This document shows positions 34,801 through 48,513 of a stretch of DNA of 64,000 nucleotides, in pieces (within the stretch, counting starts at the first letter, position 1; every line of letters starts with the position of its first letter). Below the pieces are notes generated by a model. That model worked only from the letters and a program-made list of their open reading frames with translations, was not told the DNA's origin and searched no databases. The translations under genes and the position numbers were made by a program. Source of the DNA: Yuukianura sp. NJ FZ-2021 (taxonomy: Eukaryota); NCBI GenBank assembly GCA_046563655.1, contig CM102283.1, positions 1,612,001 to 1,676,000 on the forward strand. Reading direction: 5' to 3'.

Positions 34801-37800
34801 CAAAACATCTCGATGTCAAAACTTTCACTTTAGATTGTACCGCTTTAGGTTAAATTTGGCACGTAATGAGATTTTTTGACCGACACGTGACATGTTGACC
34901 CTTAAGCTACTCCCTCCCTCCCTCCTCCTCCTCCTCCTCCTCCTCCTCCCTATTCCAAGAATGTAATAAACGGACAAAGAATTTCTTACGACGGCTTCGT
35001 ATGCTTCAATCCTGTCAGAGATCCCTTTGAGCCTTTCCGCCTCTTGACGGTTCCGTAAAGCTCCGTTGACGCTTAGCACAAAAGTTTCGACGCTTACGAT
35101 CTGAAAATAGGATTTCCAAAGTTTAGGCATTCTTTTTGTTTTTCGAAAAAAAAATTCTTGGGAAACCGAAATTTCGAAATAACTTGGCAATCGATTACCA
35201 TTTCCTCCAAGTCTTGACGCTCTTGTTGACTTTCAGTGTGTTTCAAAATGGCTTTGAGTAGCAGAGAATACTTTGTCATACGCTGCATAGGACGAACCAA
35301 AATGTCCATCAGGCGGAGACGGTTACATTCTTTACGAGTTTCGCACCACTACGATAAAAAATTTTTGAAAAAAAGTTTTAAAATTGAAAAAAAGTTTTGA
35401 AATTTTGAAATTGAATGACTCACTGCCAGGTAGGCCTTGAACAGTTCATTTTCGTGGTACTTTTCTCTACAGTAGCGTTGACATTTGGTTTGATCCAGGC
35501 AGTAGCGGATATAAGGTGAACAGGTTCCGCCGAACTTTTGGCGCCAAAACAAAACTCGTTACAAGAAGTATTACAATGTTAACCTACGTTACGGAAGTTG
35601 TTACTAAAAAGTTTACGTACTTCTAAAAAGCCGTTACGAAGTTCAGATGGAAGTAAGGGCTCCCTGGTGGTCCTTGCCTTGTGGACCATAGGGTACAGGC
35701 TCTGGAGCCATAGACAGCGATTGGAAGCATAAATTTCTGGAATGTTGCTAAACAACTTTTCACGGTCAATTTCGTTCAGAATGTTCTTCGTCTGGAGATT
35801 GTAGAGGCAAACGAGGAAGAGCTGCAAAAAAGCATAGGTTTGCCCAAGGTTGTTTGACAACAAAAACTTAATTTTCTTTAATAGGTCGAGTACTACCTAG
35901 CTTGTTGACAGAAAACACTAAAGAAAAAATGGTGCCAATGTTGGTACCAATTTGTGTGTAAAATTTAAAAAATTCCGCTATATTGTTATGACTAGGAGAC
36001 CCTGAAATGAAAGACACTCTTTTTTGAAAAATGCAAAAAACATGAGGTATTACTCAACCTCTTAAAGAAAATCAAAGTCGACAAACCTTAGGTTTATCTT
36101 AGGTTAACATTAGGTTAGGCAACGTTCATAAGTTAGCTTAGGTAAAACCGCTCTGGAAAAATTCATTTGTGCTTTTCTCATTATTTCTGAAAGTGAAAGT
36201 TTTGTACTTGAGCACGATTCTGGCTCTTGTTTTTTTTGGCACCAACAAATGCTTTGAATCGCTGCTGCGGAAAAGTCACGTTTTATGTTAAAATTTTCTC
36301 TCGTTAAGAACAGAGCTGGTTTTGAACAAACCTTTTTTTTAGAACTAGGATGAAAGCTTTCACTCTAGTACTCTGCCTTTTGCAGGTAGAGTGAACTTCG
36401 TATTTTAAGTAAATTTCCTATTTGATTAGAAGTGCTCTTTTCTTCAAAGTTCAATTTGTGACTGCCAAAGTTTAAACTTGGACTGATTGAAATTCATTAG
36501 GTAAATTTTGGCTCCGAGCCAAAATAACATAGAAAGTCTTTCACACTTTGTTAGGCTAACCCAATATCAAAGGTGGCAGCACGTTTAGGCTAAAGGAATT
36601 CAAGAGAAAAAACTTGAAACTAAGTTAGGTTAACCTAATCTAGCACAACAAACTTCGGCACTTGAAAGTAAAATGATGAAGATGAATCTGGCTATTTGAT
36701 TGGTTGAAACGCTCTAACGTGCTTGACACTAGAGTAGCCTAACTGTAATTTTAAGTTTAGGTTAGCATTAGGTTATTAACCTAACATTCATGTAGGTTTT
36801 CCTTACGTCCGTGATGACCTTGACGGTTTTGAGGTAGACGACTTCTGTTTCGACCAATTCCCAAATGGCCGTCTGCTGTTTCTGAGCTCTTTCACTCAAG
36901 TCATCCCAACCGTGCACGATGGATCTCACGTCTTCTTCCAAAACGTACTTTCCTGCAATTCATGTATTAAAATATATTAAATAGAATATTTTGTTATATT
37001 TTTTATTGCGTTTGGTATATATAAACACACAATGACAAGGTTTGCTGATTTTGATTTTATTTAATAGGTTGGGTAATACCTCATGTCTATTTAATTTGCA
37101 AAAAAAAAAAAGTTTTCTTGTCTTTCAGGGCATCGTACTCATAACAAAACAGCCGAATTTTTCAAATTTTGCATACGAATTGGTAGCAATTTTTTAGATT
37201 TTTACTAAAATTAGTAACATTTTTTTTCGTTTTTCAGTCAAAAAGCGAGGTAGCATTCAACTTGTTAAAGAAAATTAACTTTTCGTTGTCAAGCAACCTT
37301 GCACTACGAAAATACTGAAACTGACCTAACCGGGAGCTTTAAAGTGAAAAGTTGCTCAAACAGTGAATTTTTTAAAAGAAATTTTTTTTTCACCCACCCG
37401 ATGTAAAAGTCAAATTTTTTATGTCGTGGGCGGAATTCGTTTTTTGGAGGATAATTTATGTGAACTGTTTTTAAACAATTTTTTTTCGTTTTTTTTTTGT
37501 TTCCAAACTATTTTTGGTTTTTTTTAAAGAAAAGTTTGTTAGATTGAAGAAGAGAAGTGCGGGAGGAAATTAATCTTTTGTGAATAAGTTTGGAGACAAA
37601 AGTGGAAGCGGGGGAAGTTTTTATGGGAAAAGTTTTTATAATGGAGAAAGTGCATAGTTTGTCAGTCGCCACTTTCACTTTCTAAACACTCCTTTATTCG
37701 TCACTTCCTAAATTACATTAGTTTCACTAAATAAGCTAACAAAAGTCATCTCAGCCAAGTTGACCTTTGACCTTTCACCCCGCACAGGGAATAACCTAAA

Positions 37801-40800
37801 AGTCAATTTTTTTTTGAACTGACCTTCATCCTCCTGGTCATCAGACAAAGTGGATCCAGGAATTCCATGGAGAGAGTAGTTGTTCAATTGCTCTGCCAAT
37901 AAATCCATTTTCGAATTGTCCTAAATTCAACACCAATTTCAAAAATTGCTCTCAAACAAATTTCACAAACAAACTTTTTTGGGCTAACAACAAGCCTGAG
38001 AATTTTGAATTAACAAAGTCTGCTTCAGGCTCCATTCTTATAATTAGAATTTTTTTTGTGAATTCTTTGTTTGCACAAAAATTTTCTAAAATTCTGTAAA
38101 ATACTCGGAAAATTTTTCTTTTGGAATGTGGGTTTTCATGATATTAAAAAGTAAAATCAGCGGAATTTGGAATCCCGTGAAAAGATTTCGTTTGAAGTGA
38201 AAGTTTTGGTGGGAGAATTGAAAGTAAAGATTTGTGTGTTGACAAAATATTTACATAATGTAAAAAGTGTGTACTTAAGTTTACTGAATGCGTTTAAGCA
38301 CAAACTTTGGTTTGTTAAAATCTATTTTTTGAATTTGTGTTCAAACGTTTATTTGAATTCACCTTGGCTGAATTTGAAAAGAGGCCGCTCCAGCGATTGG
38401 ACTGTTTGGATTGTTTCACTTTGAGGGAACCTTCATGTGACGCAGAAGCACTTGAGCCTGTTACTTGTCTCGTCACTGACTGTTGTGTCCACGTGACACA
38501 GTGAGGTGAAGTGGGGCCAAGCGTTTCAAGCGTTGCCCCACCAACTGGAGAACCCACGTTGGACGTCTGATCCTCCGTGGAGCCACCAAAAAACCCGCCT
38601 TTGGTTCTCTAAAAAACAAAAATTTAGGCAAAAAGAAACCTAAAAACTTTTTTAAATGTAAAGTTCCAGATTTAGAATTTAAATTTTTTAAAGTGCTTTT
38701 TAATTTTTTGAAAACGTGCAAATTATCTTTGTGTTTTGTTTATGTTTTACATTTGTTTGTTAAATTTCGAAAGCTTTTACCTGTGTTCTCTTCCGCGTAG
38801 ATTCTTTGAATGAGCGACAATGGAATTTAGAGTCTTGCTGCTTCGTTTTTGCTTGAGAAACAAGAGAAATTAAAATTGAGTGAAATGTTTGTCTTTTGAG
38901 TCAAGTCTTTTCTTTATTTATCAAAAACTGAGTGAATAAAAAATTTGTTTTTTTTTGTTACGTTTGATAAAGAGGCTTTTCCCGGCGACAAAGTAGGTGT
39001 CCGTGGCTGACGGCGACGGGAGTGGTGTTTTGGAGGAAGGCTCCAAAAATATGTCGACCTTCCCAATAGTCAAGTGTTGTCGCTCCAGAAGTGGACGTAG
39101 AGCATCACTAAATTAACAGAAAACAGTCGTGATAAAACCATACCAGTTTGGAGGCGCCTGGAGGAAGCCTGAGCCAAAGGTGGTTTAGTGGTATTGAGTG
39201 TTGTACGGATTAAAAGCGACATGGGTTCGCTTCCCACTCGGTTGCTTTTTTTAGCTTACGTTTATTATCAATTTTTCTCGTCTTTAACTGGAACAGGCAG
39301 GAGGGGATATGTGAGATAGGGATCCGGAGGAAGAAGTTGTCAGTGGGAGTGAGAAATGGGAGGAGGAGGGAGGCGGGGGTCGGAGGAAGGAGGTTAGGCA
39401 GAGAGGAGGAAGTCGGGATGTGGAGGGAGTTCGGAGTAAGAGGAAAAGAGGTGGAGGTGGAAGGCAACTTAGTTAGACTTTCTGTCTCATAAAGTTTTCA
39501 GAAGGTTAGGTTAGATGTGGTAGCCCGGAGGGAGGCAGGAGGAGGCCAGCAGGGAGTTTTTGGCTCATAAATTTATGGTCCTCACACTCCCTCTCAAATT
39601 CTTTTCCATTTAAAAGTGAAAGTGTCTGGAGGAGGGAAAGTAGTGAAAGTGTTGGAATTTGCCCTTTGGACAGTCCCGACACGTCCGAGGCTTTAAAGCA
39701 GATAAATTGAGTTTTCACTTTCACTGGGACTTTATTTGCGCCGTCAGAAAGAGAGATGAAATGAAAACTTTCATTCAAAAATCATCATCTTTTCCCGCTT
39801 AAAAGTTAGGTTTAAAAAGGAAAGCTTATTATAAGTGGATTTTGTTCTAATAAAGAAAACAAAACAAAAACAAACAAAAGTGGATTTGAAAATTAAATTG
39901 ATGCTTATATTCGATTAATTTCTTCATTGAGTCATAAGAAATTTGTCAAAACTGACTCATTTCCACATTCAGACAAAAACAACTACAGTTTTAATAAATA
40001 TAGACGGAACCCGTGATGTTTACACATCACGATGACATGGAGCAAGAGGATTTTTAACATTTTGCTTCTGAGTTGAGAAATCTTTCCACTCTTCCACACA
40101 GAGAGTTCTTTGCACATATAGTTTGCATGGTCATGCTATTAACATTGGGACGGAGCAACGCTCGTCAATTAGAGTATGATGGTTTTTCAAAATTCGACTT
40201 TTTTTTTCAAAATTTGACTCACCCAATAGAAACTCCTCGCGTAGCTGGCAGAAATTCTTCGTAGCGACTTCCAAGCTCATCTTCAAAATGAACACTAAAA
40301 TATTCAGAACTGGAAACCTAACAAAAACAACATAATTAGGTTAGGCCGTACCTTAAACAATAAATAAAACAAAAAATATATACAATGAAAAAGTGACCTA
40401 AAAATTTTCTATTGCCAATTATGTTAAACTTAATTAAAGTTTCCTGCTTTCGCTACTTTACTAGCGTCTGTTTTAGTAATTGCAAAAATCCGAGATGCTC
40501 AAAGTTTAGAAAATACATTTTCTTAATAAAATTTTCAAGTTACACAGAAACTACTTTGTGTTAGTCTCATTTGTCTTTCTTAAATTTCACCGCTACACAA
40601 GCGGCTACAACAACGCTACAACCCAATAGCGTGTTTCTGTTAACTTGACGCTTGTAAATTACAAACGTCAAGTTGTAATATAGATAGCATCTTCTTCTGT
40701 TTCCATCACAATACGAGAACTTCCAAGTTTTTTTTTCTTAGCCCGGCCTAACCCAAAACCTAATCAAATCATTTTTAGCCTAACCTAATCAATTCTAGCT

Positions 40801-41181
40801 TCCACAAAACCTAACAAAAACTACTTTCACTTATCCAAAACGTCGAAAAAAAACTATGTTCGTCTTACTATAGCTCATATAAATGCATACCCTTCTAAAG
40901 CAAAGTAAAACCTAATGTTATCCTAACCAAAACCTAAATCATGTTTTTTCTGTTAATCCCAGTTTTCCCCGAAACCTAATCAAAATTTTTCCTCACAAAC
41001 TCACCTGAGAGCCTGTTAATTTTTTTCTACGTTGATGCCTGGCTTCTGACTCGGATGGAACAGGAAGCAGAAGTTGTTCATTGGCTAGAGTTGGAGGTTC
41101 TGAACGGCAATCCGTTTCATCTTTATCCAGAATGCACGTTGGATCCATTCTATCGATATGAGTCAAACTTCTGGATCTACC
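31861..41181 (-). CDS. PLEKHG5: PLEKHG5-like DH-PH RhoGEF, multi-exon; 5' end probably further upstream
   Basis: DH exons QQTAIWELVETEVVYLKTVKVITD (~36807-36950), LFLVCLYNLQ...LFSNIPEIY, PYIRYCLDQ and DILVRPMQRMTKYSLLLKAIL; PH exon CFLFTDMFLVCK...VVRPP; RBD-like exons near 39000 and 40230-40310; KRYYTAGAIEDIK; Pro-rich tail with stop at 31863-31861. Confidence 0.85.
34164..34419 (+). mobile_element. CAAGGTT-terminated MITE family, copy 1
   Basis: Ends CAAGGTT...AACCTTG; internal inverted ACAGGTTG.GTA.TACCTC / GAGGTAGTACTCAACCTGT; degenerate 8-bp TSD GAATTGAC/GAATTGGC. Confidence 0.8.
34911..34950. repeat. (CCT)n / (TCCC)n microsatellite, intronic
   Basis: TCCCTCCCTCCCTCCTCCTCCTCC... seen directly. 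Confidence 0.9.
35845..36090 (-). mobile_element. CAAGGTT-terminated MITE family, copy 2 (inverted)
   Basis: Reverse-complement homology to 34164-34419; TSD GGTTTGCC/GGTTTATC. Confidence 0.75.
37036..37301 (+). mobile_element. CAAGGTT-terminated MITE family, copy 3
   Basis: Shared AGGTTGGGTAATACCTCATG and AAAGAAAATTAACTTTTCGTTGTCAAG; TSD CACAATGA/CACTACGA. Confidence 0.8.
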
Positions 41182-44100
41182 CTGGAAAATAAAAGAAAGA
41201 CAAATTGTGATGATGGAGGAGATCAATCAAAATCAGTGAAAGTGGACCCAGAGCCATAGTTGACGTGCAACTTAAGAAGATACTACAGGAAGTTTGGAGT
41301 GAAGTGAGGGATGTGTGTCTACTCCTAACTAATAGTTACTCCCTCCTCTCCGTCTTTCTCAAAAGGGAAAGTGACACAAATTTTCTCCTCAGCATCTCTT
41401 CCCATCCTAAAAAACAAGTTTCTCTATTGATCCGCTGCCAAAAACCAAACCAAGTCAGTTCAGCTTTCAAACCTCATTTCAATTCCATCCTGCATCTTAA
41501 AACTCTATGAGAAACTTTCGCTTAACTTAACCTAACATGAGAAAACATGGAACCAAATTTTGACTAACCTAACTTTTTGGCCTAATTGCACTAAACTACT
41601 AAATCTTACAAACAACGAGACTTTGAAAGACAGAAGAGTCTACGCAAGCTGCTAGCCGTGATTTAGTGACACCGTTTGCAATGCAAATTTCACAGCCACA
41701 AATCTTGTACAAATCAGGCAATGGAAGCACATTTTCTGCGTAGTGAAGGTCAGAGGTCACTTAAACACGCTAAGCAAATATCTAAGAATAAATACTAAAA
41801 TAAATAAAATAGCAATAAATAGATCAGAATTTAAATATTTCAGACATATCTGATTTTTCCCAATTGGAAAGTGTAACTTTTGAGGAAACATTTTTTTTTA
41901 GTTTTTCAGTTTTCTTGAAGGTTTAGATTATTCCAAGGTTCGTAAACAAAAGGAAAACTTTTTCTACGTCAGGTTGGCTATTAACTCTAAGTTTGAAAGT
42001 AGCAAATCTGCCTTTCCATGTTAATTTTTTGCATGTAATCTAAGAGGGATTGGTGCTAAATTGGTGTTAAAAGTTGCTTGAAGCAAGATTGTTGAAAACT
42101 CTGAGTTATTGGACAACCTGTTTTAAAAAATACAGTCCTGTTATCAATGAACTTTGGATTAGTTTGTTCTTTTTCGTTAAATTAGGTTGAAGTTATTTTT
42201 GAAGATTGTTTGAAATGTTATAAGATTAGGTTGGTTGGGGTATGTTGAGGTTAGGTTTTGGCCTCAAGTGAAGCGTAAACTAATTCTGATATGTGAGACA
42301 CTAGGTTTAGTGTACAATTACTTAAGAATGGGAAGTGGGAGTGGAAGCCAGTGGAAATTTGTGTACCCTGGAGCGTCATTGATTCTCCACAATTTCTCCA
42401 AACTAAAAAGAGAAAGTCTGAAAAGTTGTTTGGAGAGGCGGGAAAAGTTGTTCAATTTGGAAGGAAAGTCGGGGGCATATAAGTAGTGCCAATTGTGGAT
42501 TTCTGGAGGCTTCTGAAGTTAGACTTTTTCAAAAAAAAAAATAGAAAAAGAAAAATTGCTAGACCGAAAAGGCCCATTAGAATCCCAATTACACCGAAAT
42601 TCGGAGGATTCGGGGTGGAATGAAGCGGGAGAAATGGAAAAGCTGGTAGAAATCGAAAGGGAGTTGGCTCGATTCCATATATAGGTTTTTAGCAGGAGAT
42701 TTTATTCCTTTTGGGAAGGATGATCTGTTTCTTTTTCTGTAGGTTAGGTTAACCTAACGGTGAGTTAGGCTAACATTAGGTTACGCCAAGCTTATACTAC
42801 GATAGCCTAACCTTAGCTTGTTTCTGTACTTTAAGAACGAGCTTTTCAATTGATTTTGGCAATTCAATTTAACTGAAAGAATATGCCAAAAGTGGTTACT
42901 TTTGATGCAGCTTTGGTTCAGATACAAATTTGGCTAAAAATTCTTTTGTGCTTTTGAAAAAATTTACAAAAATAACTTTTTCATTTGAAGTTCTGCTAAA
43001 GTTAGCATAACCAAATGCACATTTTTTTTTGGGCCGCTGAAATTTTTACAGGTCTTTTGGTTTCAAATTTCAGATTTGACATGAAAGGAAGAAAAAAATG
43101 TTTGTTTCAAAATTGAAGTCAAAACATCTGACAAGTCCTGTCTTGTCTCGTTTCTTTTGTTTAAAATTTTGGAAATCTGAAAATAAAAAAGTTGTTTGGC
43201 AATAAATAATTTTGGAGTTTCATAAATATCCAGCACAAGACGAGATCTTGACGTCTGTTGTTCTTATTATTGCAGAAGTTGAAAGAGAAAGTTGTGTTTT
43301 TTTTTAAAGAAAAAACAACAAAATTTGTTACAAATAATAATATAAACATTTTCATTCAAAAATATTTTTTCTGAAAACAAAATTTTGAATTTCTAGCGGA
43401 TCCAAGTCAGAATGTTTTGACTTTTGACCTTCATGTTGACTTGTGAAAAATAAAATAAATGAAGGCAAAATCGTAAATTTAAATTTTCAGAGAAATTTTC
43501 ATATCAAAAGAAATTATTCCGTTTCCGTTTTTTCGTAACTCTTTCAATATAAAATTATCAGAAATTGGAATCCTTTGAATTTGAAAATTGGCGCTTTGGG
43601 CGTTTTCCAAACTGAAAAAATTAGAGTTTCATATTTCAAAAGAAAACATGAAAAAAGCGAAACTAATTTTGTATGAGAGACTCCTCTTTCTTGTCTTCTT
43701 TGAAAATTTCTCGTTTCCATTAGTACGTACAATGTTAGGTTAGGTTTTTTAGGCCATGTATAGTTAGGTTTTTCAAAAAATGGAGCAACGGAATCAAACA
43801 AAAATTTATGTTTTGACAGGTTCACATTTGTATCCACGGATTTTGGAAACTGTCAGTGTATCCAAATGGAACTTCTTCTTCCGCACTATTTGGCTTAGGC
43901 GCTGATGTGACAAAAGTCGAAACTCGTGCCAGTAGTGACACGCCGCCGCCGTTACCCGGGAGATTCAAAGATTTGAAAATCCTTGGACTGAATGAATGTA
44001 TTGTCATGTTTTACAATGAAGGTTTGCTTGAAAAGTATGTACTGTATGTCTCATAACTCTTCAAGTAGAAACTTCAGACAGGAAGAAACTTTTACAAGAA

Positions 44101-45709
44101 GAAAAAACATAACTTCCTAACAAGTTTTCATTTTGGAAAGTCTCATTTCCTTCAAACTTTTGTCTACAGATAACGTATCAGAGTTGGACAAGAATTGCAG
44201 ACTTTTGTAAAAATTCTATTTCCGCTTCTGCTCCATTGGGAAACAAAACTGAAATCGAGTTTCGTTTTTGTCTCTTTCCCCTTCTGTCCAGGAATTGAAA
44301 ACGAGCAAATCTATTCCCTAAGCGCAAAAGAATATGCTCAAGGTATGATTTACTTTTCTAAAACAAAAATTGAATCAGGAACTTCAGGAGTCTAGGTGCA
44401 GCAGTCTGTATTTTCCAACACTTTTAGACTCCAGCACAAATAAGCAACAATTGGCATTTTGAAACAATCAGAGTCTGCACCAATCAAAATTTTCTGATCA
44501 TCGAAATACTGCACCAATCAGAATTCTCGATTTTTTCCAAAATAAAAGTCTGGTTTAAAGACAATTCCAAATTTTTTTAAAAACTGAAACTGTACTTACA
44601 TGCGAATCCAGCCTAATGTCAAATTGGAGTATTGGTAACAAATTCCTAAGTCCTGCAGTGACATTCATTTTTTTGAAGTGTTTGAAGTAAAATGGCTACG
44701 CAAAAGCTGAAATTGCGTTGTTTGTTGTTGTCGTTGTTTTTTTTTTTCGAAAAATCCCGGCTTTTTTTTACACTAAAATCCCACACCTTTTCTCAATTTT
44801 GGAAAAACCGTTTTCCATTTGAGAATGGCACAAAAAGCACTTCGGTTAATGTTAGTATTGAGGTGCTAAAACCGTAGAAGTGTAAAGCACAACATGGCAA
44901 TTCCATTAGCCAAAAACCCATTGATACACAGACACCGAGGTTACTCAAAAGTAGACCAGGATTTTCACTTTCCAGTTTCAAAATTTCAGAATGTTGAAAA
45001 AGCCAACCTAATTTCACCACTTAATGTTGTGTTACGTTTCACACTTTCTGGAAACTGGGTTTAGGTCCTGTGGTTTCCTCGGTTTTCCGAAAACTGAAAC
45101 TTGAAGAGGAAAAACTTTGACAAACTCTAATTTTCTCCTTCTTTTTAGTTATTTTTCTGTGTGATGGAAACAAAACAATCGTTTGGATAGATGACGTCTT
45201 TTTCATGGAAGTTTAATTTAGCCACAGGATTCCCCGTCTATCTACACAAATTGCTACTAAAACGAATGGGTGGGAGGGTGGGAGAGTGGGGGCGGGGGTG
45301 GTTTTTTCCTAGCAGAGTAAACAGTATATTTCCACCCAGTTCCGGGTTGTAATTGAATTGAAAATGAAAATAAAACGGAGCGCCACCACTCCAATCCGAC
45401 TCTCCTGAATGACTGAAAACCAAAAGCCACCGAAACGAAAACATCATTTACAGCAGGAGGCGCGGAGAAAGTGAAAACTTTCTCTTTTGCTCACATCTGC
45501 ACCTATCCAGAACAGATATGGACAACGTCTCCGCAGAATCCAACTTTTTCCAATCCTCAACATCTTGCTCATTAGTCAAAATAAATTTAAAGAAAAAAGC
45601 TGTCACATTCAAAACATCGCACGAAGCCTAACTTTAACATAACCAAGTTAGGCTGAAGCTAGTTTAACTTTCAGACTGTATTTAAACTTTACTTAGTTAT
45701 GGTTTGGCT

Positions 45710-45969
45710 CAAGGTTTGTTGACTAGATTTTCTTCGACAGGTTGAATAATACCTTATGCTTTTTCGAATTTGCAAAAAAGAGTGTCTTTCGTTTCAGGGT
45801 ATCGTAGTCATAACAATACAGCCGAAATTTTTGAATTTTGAAAATTGGTGCCCCAATTTTTGGATTGGTACCAAAAGTGGTGCAAATTTTTTTTCCTTTT
45901 TTTTGTCAACAAGCGAGCTGGAACTCAACCTGTGAAAGAAAATTAACTTTTTGTTGTCAAAGAACCTTG
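45710..45969 (+). mobile_element. CAAGGTT-terminated MITE family, copy 4
   Basis: Same internal blocks as the other copies; TSD GTTTGGCT/GTTAGGCT. Confidence 0.8.
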
Positions 45970-47290
45970 GTTAGGCTGGTCTTCGTAACTTAATAAATGC
46001 GTTTGCTTTTAGAATTTTTTAACTTTTTTTATTTGAAAACTAAGATTCTGGTGAAAGTGGTTTTCGTATTTTGGAAAAGGGACAATTTTCTAAGACTTCT
46101 GGGTTAGTTTTGTTATGTTTTTTTTTCTTAGTCACTTCAGAATTTGAAATGTAGGTTGTCAGTGTGACTTTGACAAGGTGATTAGGGTTAGGTTAGGGTA
46201 AAGTTAGGCTAGGAGATGTGATTAATGAAGAGTGGTGTCAATTTTTTATGAAGTTGGTAACTCTTTTGGTGAAGTTTGAAAAAAAAGTTTAAAAACGAAG
46301 GAAAAAGAGTTTTTGTGGTTTGAAAAGCCTTTTTGACTGACACGTGACATCTTTCACACACTAAATAATTGGGATGTTTGTGAAAATTCGAAACTAGGAT
46401 TTGAAAAATTCAATAGTATGGACTACAGTAATAGGAAAGTAACAAAGGTTTCAAATTTTCGGAACATGTTTTTACAGAATTCGGGAAAAACCGAAACCCG
46501 TGTGCAGAATGATTGTTTGTTATTGACTGACCTCTGTCTAGGTCTAAACAACTTCTGGATTTGTTTTCGTGTCACAACCTAAAAAGTTGATGACCACATT
46601 TTTTTCTTTTTATTTTCTGTTATCGAATGAACTATTTTTTCATTTTGATTGTGACTTTTGTGGTCGAAAGGGGTATTTGATTCCATTGAGTCTAATGGAG
46701 GAACGGCGGGAACTACACGGAAGGAAAGTGAAAGTGCCCACTTACTTTCTCCACTTTTCCACCGCTCAACTCAACTCATTTTTAGAACACGCTTTTTAAC
46801 AACGAAAAAGTAGGTTAGTATGATACTAGAACAAATTAAATATTATATACAATGTTCTCACGAAAAAGGAGACACTGATATACTCCAAAGTTTGTTGATT
46901 TTGAAAATTGTAGAAAGAAAATTGAGAGAAAATAAACCGCGAAACGTAAATGTTTTGAAAAACGTTGCGAAACTTTTTTTGATACATTAAGTACAGTGTA
47001 TGCGAAATTTTTAAATTAATTTTTAGTTAAAACTAATTAAAATAAGTTAACTCAAATTAAAGCGAATTATAGTTTAGTTAACAAAATAAATGGTTGTGGT
47101 GTTCTCACCTGCTTTCTCTCTCTGTAGTACGCTTGACGTCTCTTCAATTTGGATGGCTTTTTGTTGGTGTCCTTCAGATTCAAGTGGTTTCTATTCAAAA
47201 GCAAAAAAGAATTTTTGCAGATTTTCAAATTTTAAGCGTTTTTATTGTTGAGATGTTTTATGAAAAGAAGTTTTTATATTATGCTTTTGT

Positions 47291-47704
47291 CCAAGGCCCG
47301 TAGGCCGGGGGGACTAGAGCTCCGGCTCTATCCTACTAACACCTTGGACGGGCGCGGGTTCGAGTCCCGGCGTCGCCGACACGAAAGTCGTTTTCCAGAA
47401 ATGGTTTTTCCACTTTCCTAGCCCAGATGGGGTGTTCGGATGATAGGTCAGTTTGGGGGGTTATGGGTGCGTGTGAAGAGGTCAGTAGTTGCTGTTGTGG
47501 AGGGGGGTCGTGGGCCGGTATGCGTACGATGCTGTTCCTGTCACTTGCCTGGAGCTGTGATATGTGGTAGGGCCCTAGCCCGTTCAGCTCTAGCAGAAAG
47601 CCTTTCGTCCTTCCCTCAGAACTTCTCAACCCAACCCAGAAATTCCCTAACCCTTGTTGATAGAGCATATGCTAAAGTCAATAAACCCCGCAAAAAAAAA
47701 AAAA
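47291..47704 (+). mobile_element. tRNA-derived SINE (~414 bp)
   Basis: Pol III B box GGTTCGAGTCC (47357-47367) in a CGGG-TTCGAGT-CCCG T-arm; AATAAA at 47680-85; poly(A) tail; perfect 15-bp TSD ATATTATGCTTTTGT (47276-47290 and 47705-47719). Confidence 0.88.
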
Positions 47705-48322
47705 ATATTATGCTTTTGTTAGTTTCGTTACATTTAAGTTAGGCTCAGTGTTCAGTTGTGGTTTTGATCAGATTAGATTATAAACATTAACGCCTCCTTT
47801 TTTAATGTTTTCGTCCAAATGCAAATAAATTTCCTCATGAATATGCACAAGAAGAATTTTCTTTCTGGAAATCTCGGAGGAGGTGAAATGACTTTCTCCC
47901 GACATCAAAAACTTCAAAGTACTTTCTCTCACCTAGCCAACCTAATGCTTAACGTACCTAGCCTAATTAACCTAATGCTTTTTCTCCCCGTGCAAAGCGA
48001 GTAATTGAGTGTGAGAAATTGTTGAAAAGGAGAGGATGATGCTCATTAGTTCCCTTCACAAATAACCATTAATTTCAGACAATGGTTTCCACTTTTATTT
48101 TACTTTTCAAAAAAAAATTTCAAAAAGTATTCAAAAAGAGTTTTTTAGTTTCAAAGTTGTAAAAATTCAGTCATCGGTTAACTTTCTGGAGTCACATCAC
48201 AACCAAGGAAAAGAGAAAGTTCAAATGTTTTTCTAAAACAAAGTTTGATGATGAGGGTTAGATTTAAAGAGCGGGAGTTGCTTATTTTTTGAATTTTGAA
48301 AATCCCGCTTCTCTCGGCGCTT

Positions 48323-48513
48323 ACGTTTCTGAGTTGAGGAATGATATGGCTTTGCTTAGGGAGAAAGTTGTTGTCCTTTGATCTTCATCCTCCTCCTGCC
48401 GGTAATCCTTATCCCCCTCCTCATCTGTAAGTGATTCGTAGAGGTAGTCTGGAGTCACGTCTTCCAAACAACAACTGCTGCTGGACCCACACAATGTGTC
48501 AGCACAAACTCCC
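48323..48513 (-). other. Candidate coding exon, possibly an upstream exon of the RhoGEF gene
   Basis: TTTTCAG acceptor, open GC-richer frame GVCADTLCGSSSSCCLEDVTPDYLYESLTDEEGDKDYRQEEDED..., GTAAG donor. No family motif recognised. Confidence 0.45.

Noticed and set aside
47295-47380. Possible tRNA gene
   Set aside because: Only the B box and T-arm are convincing; it is the head of a TSD-flanked, poly(A)-tailed SINE.
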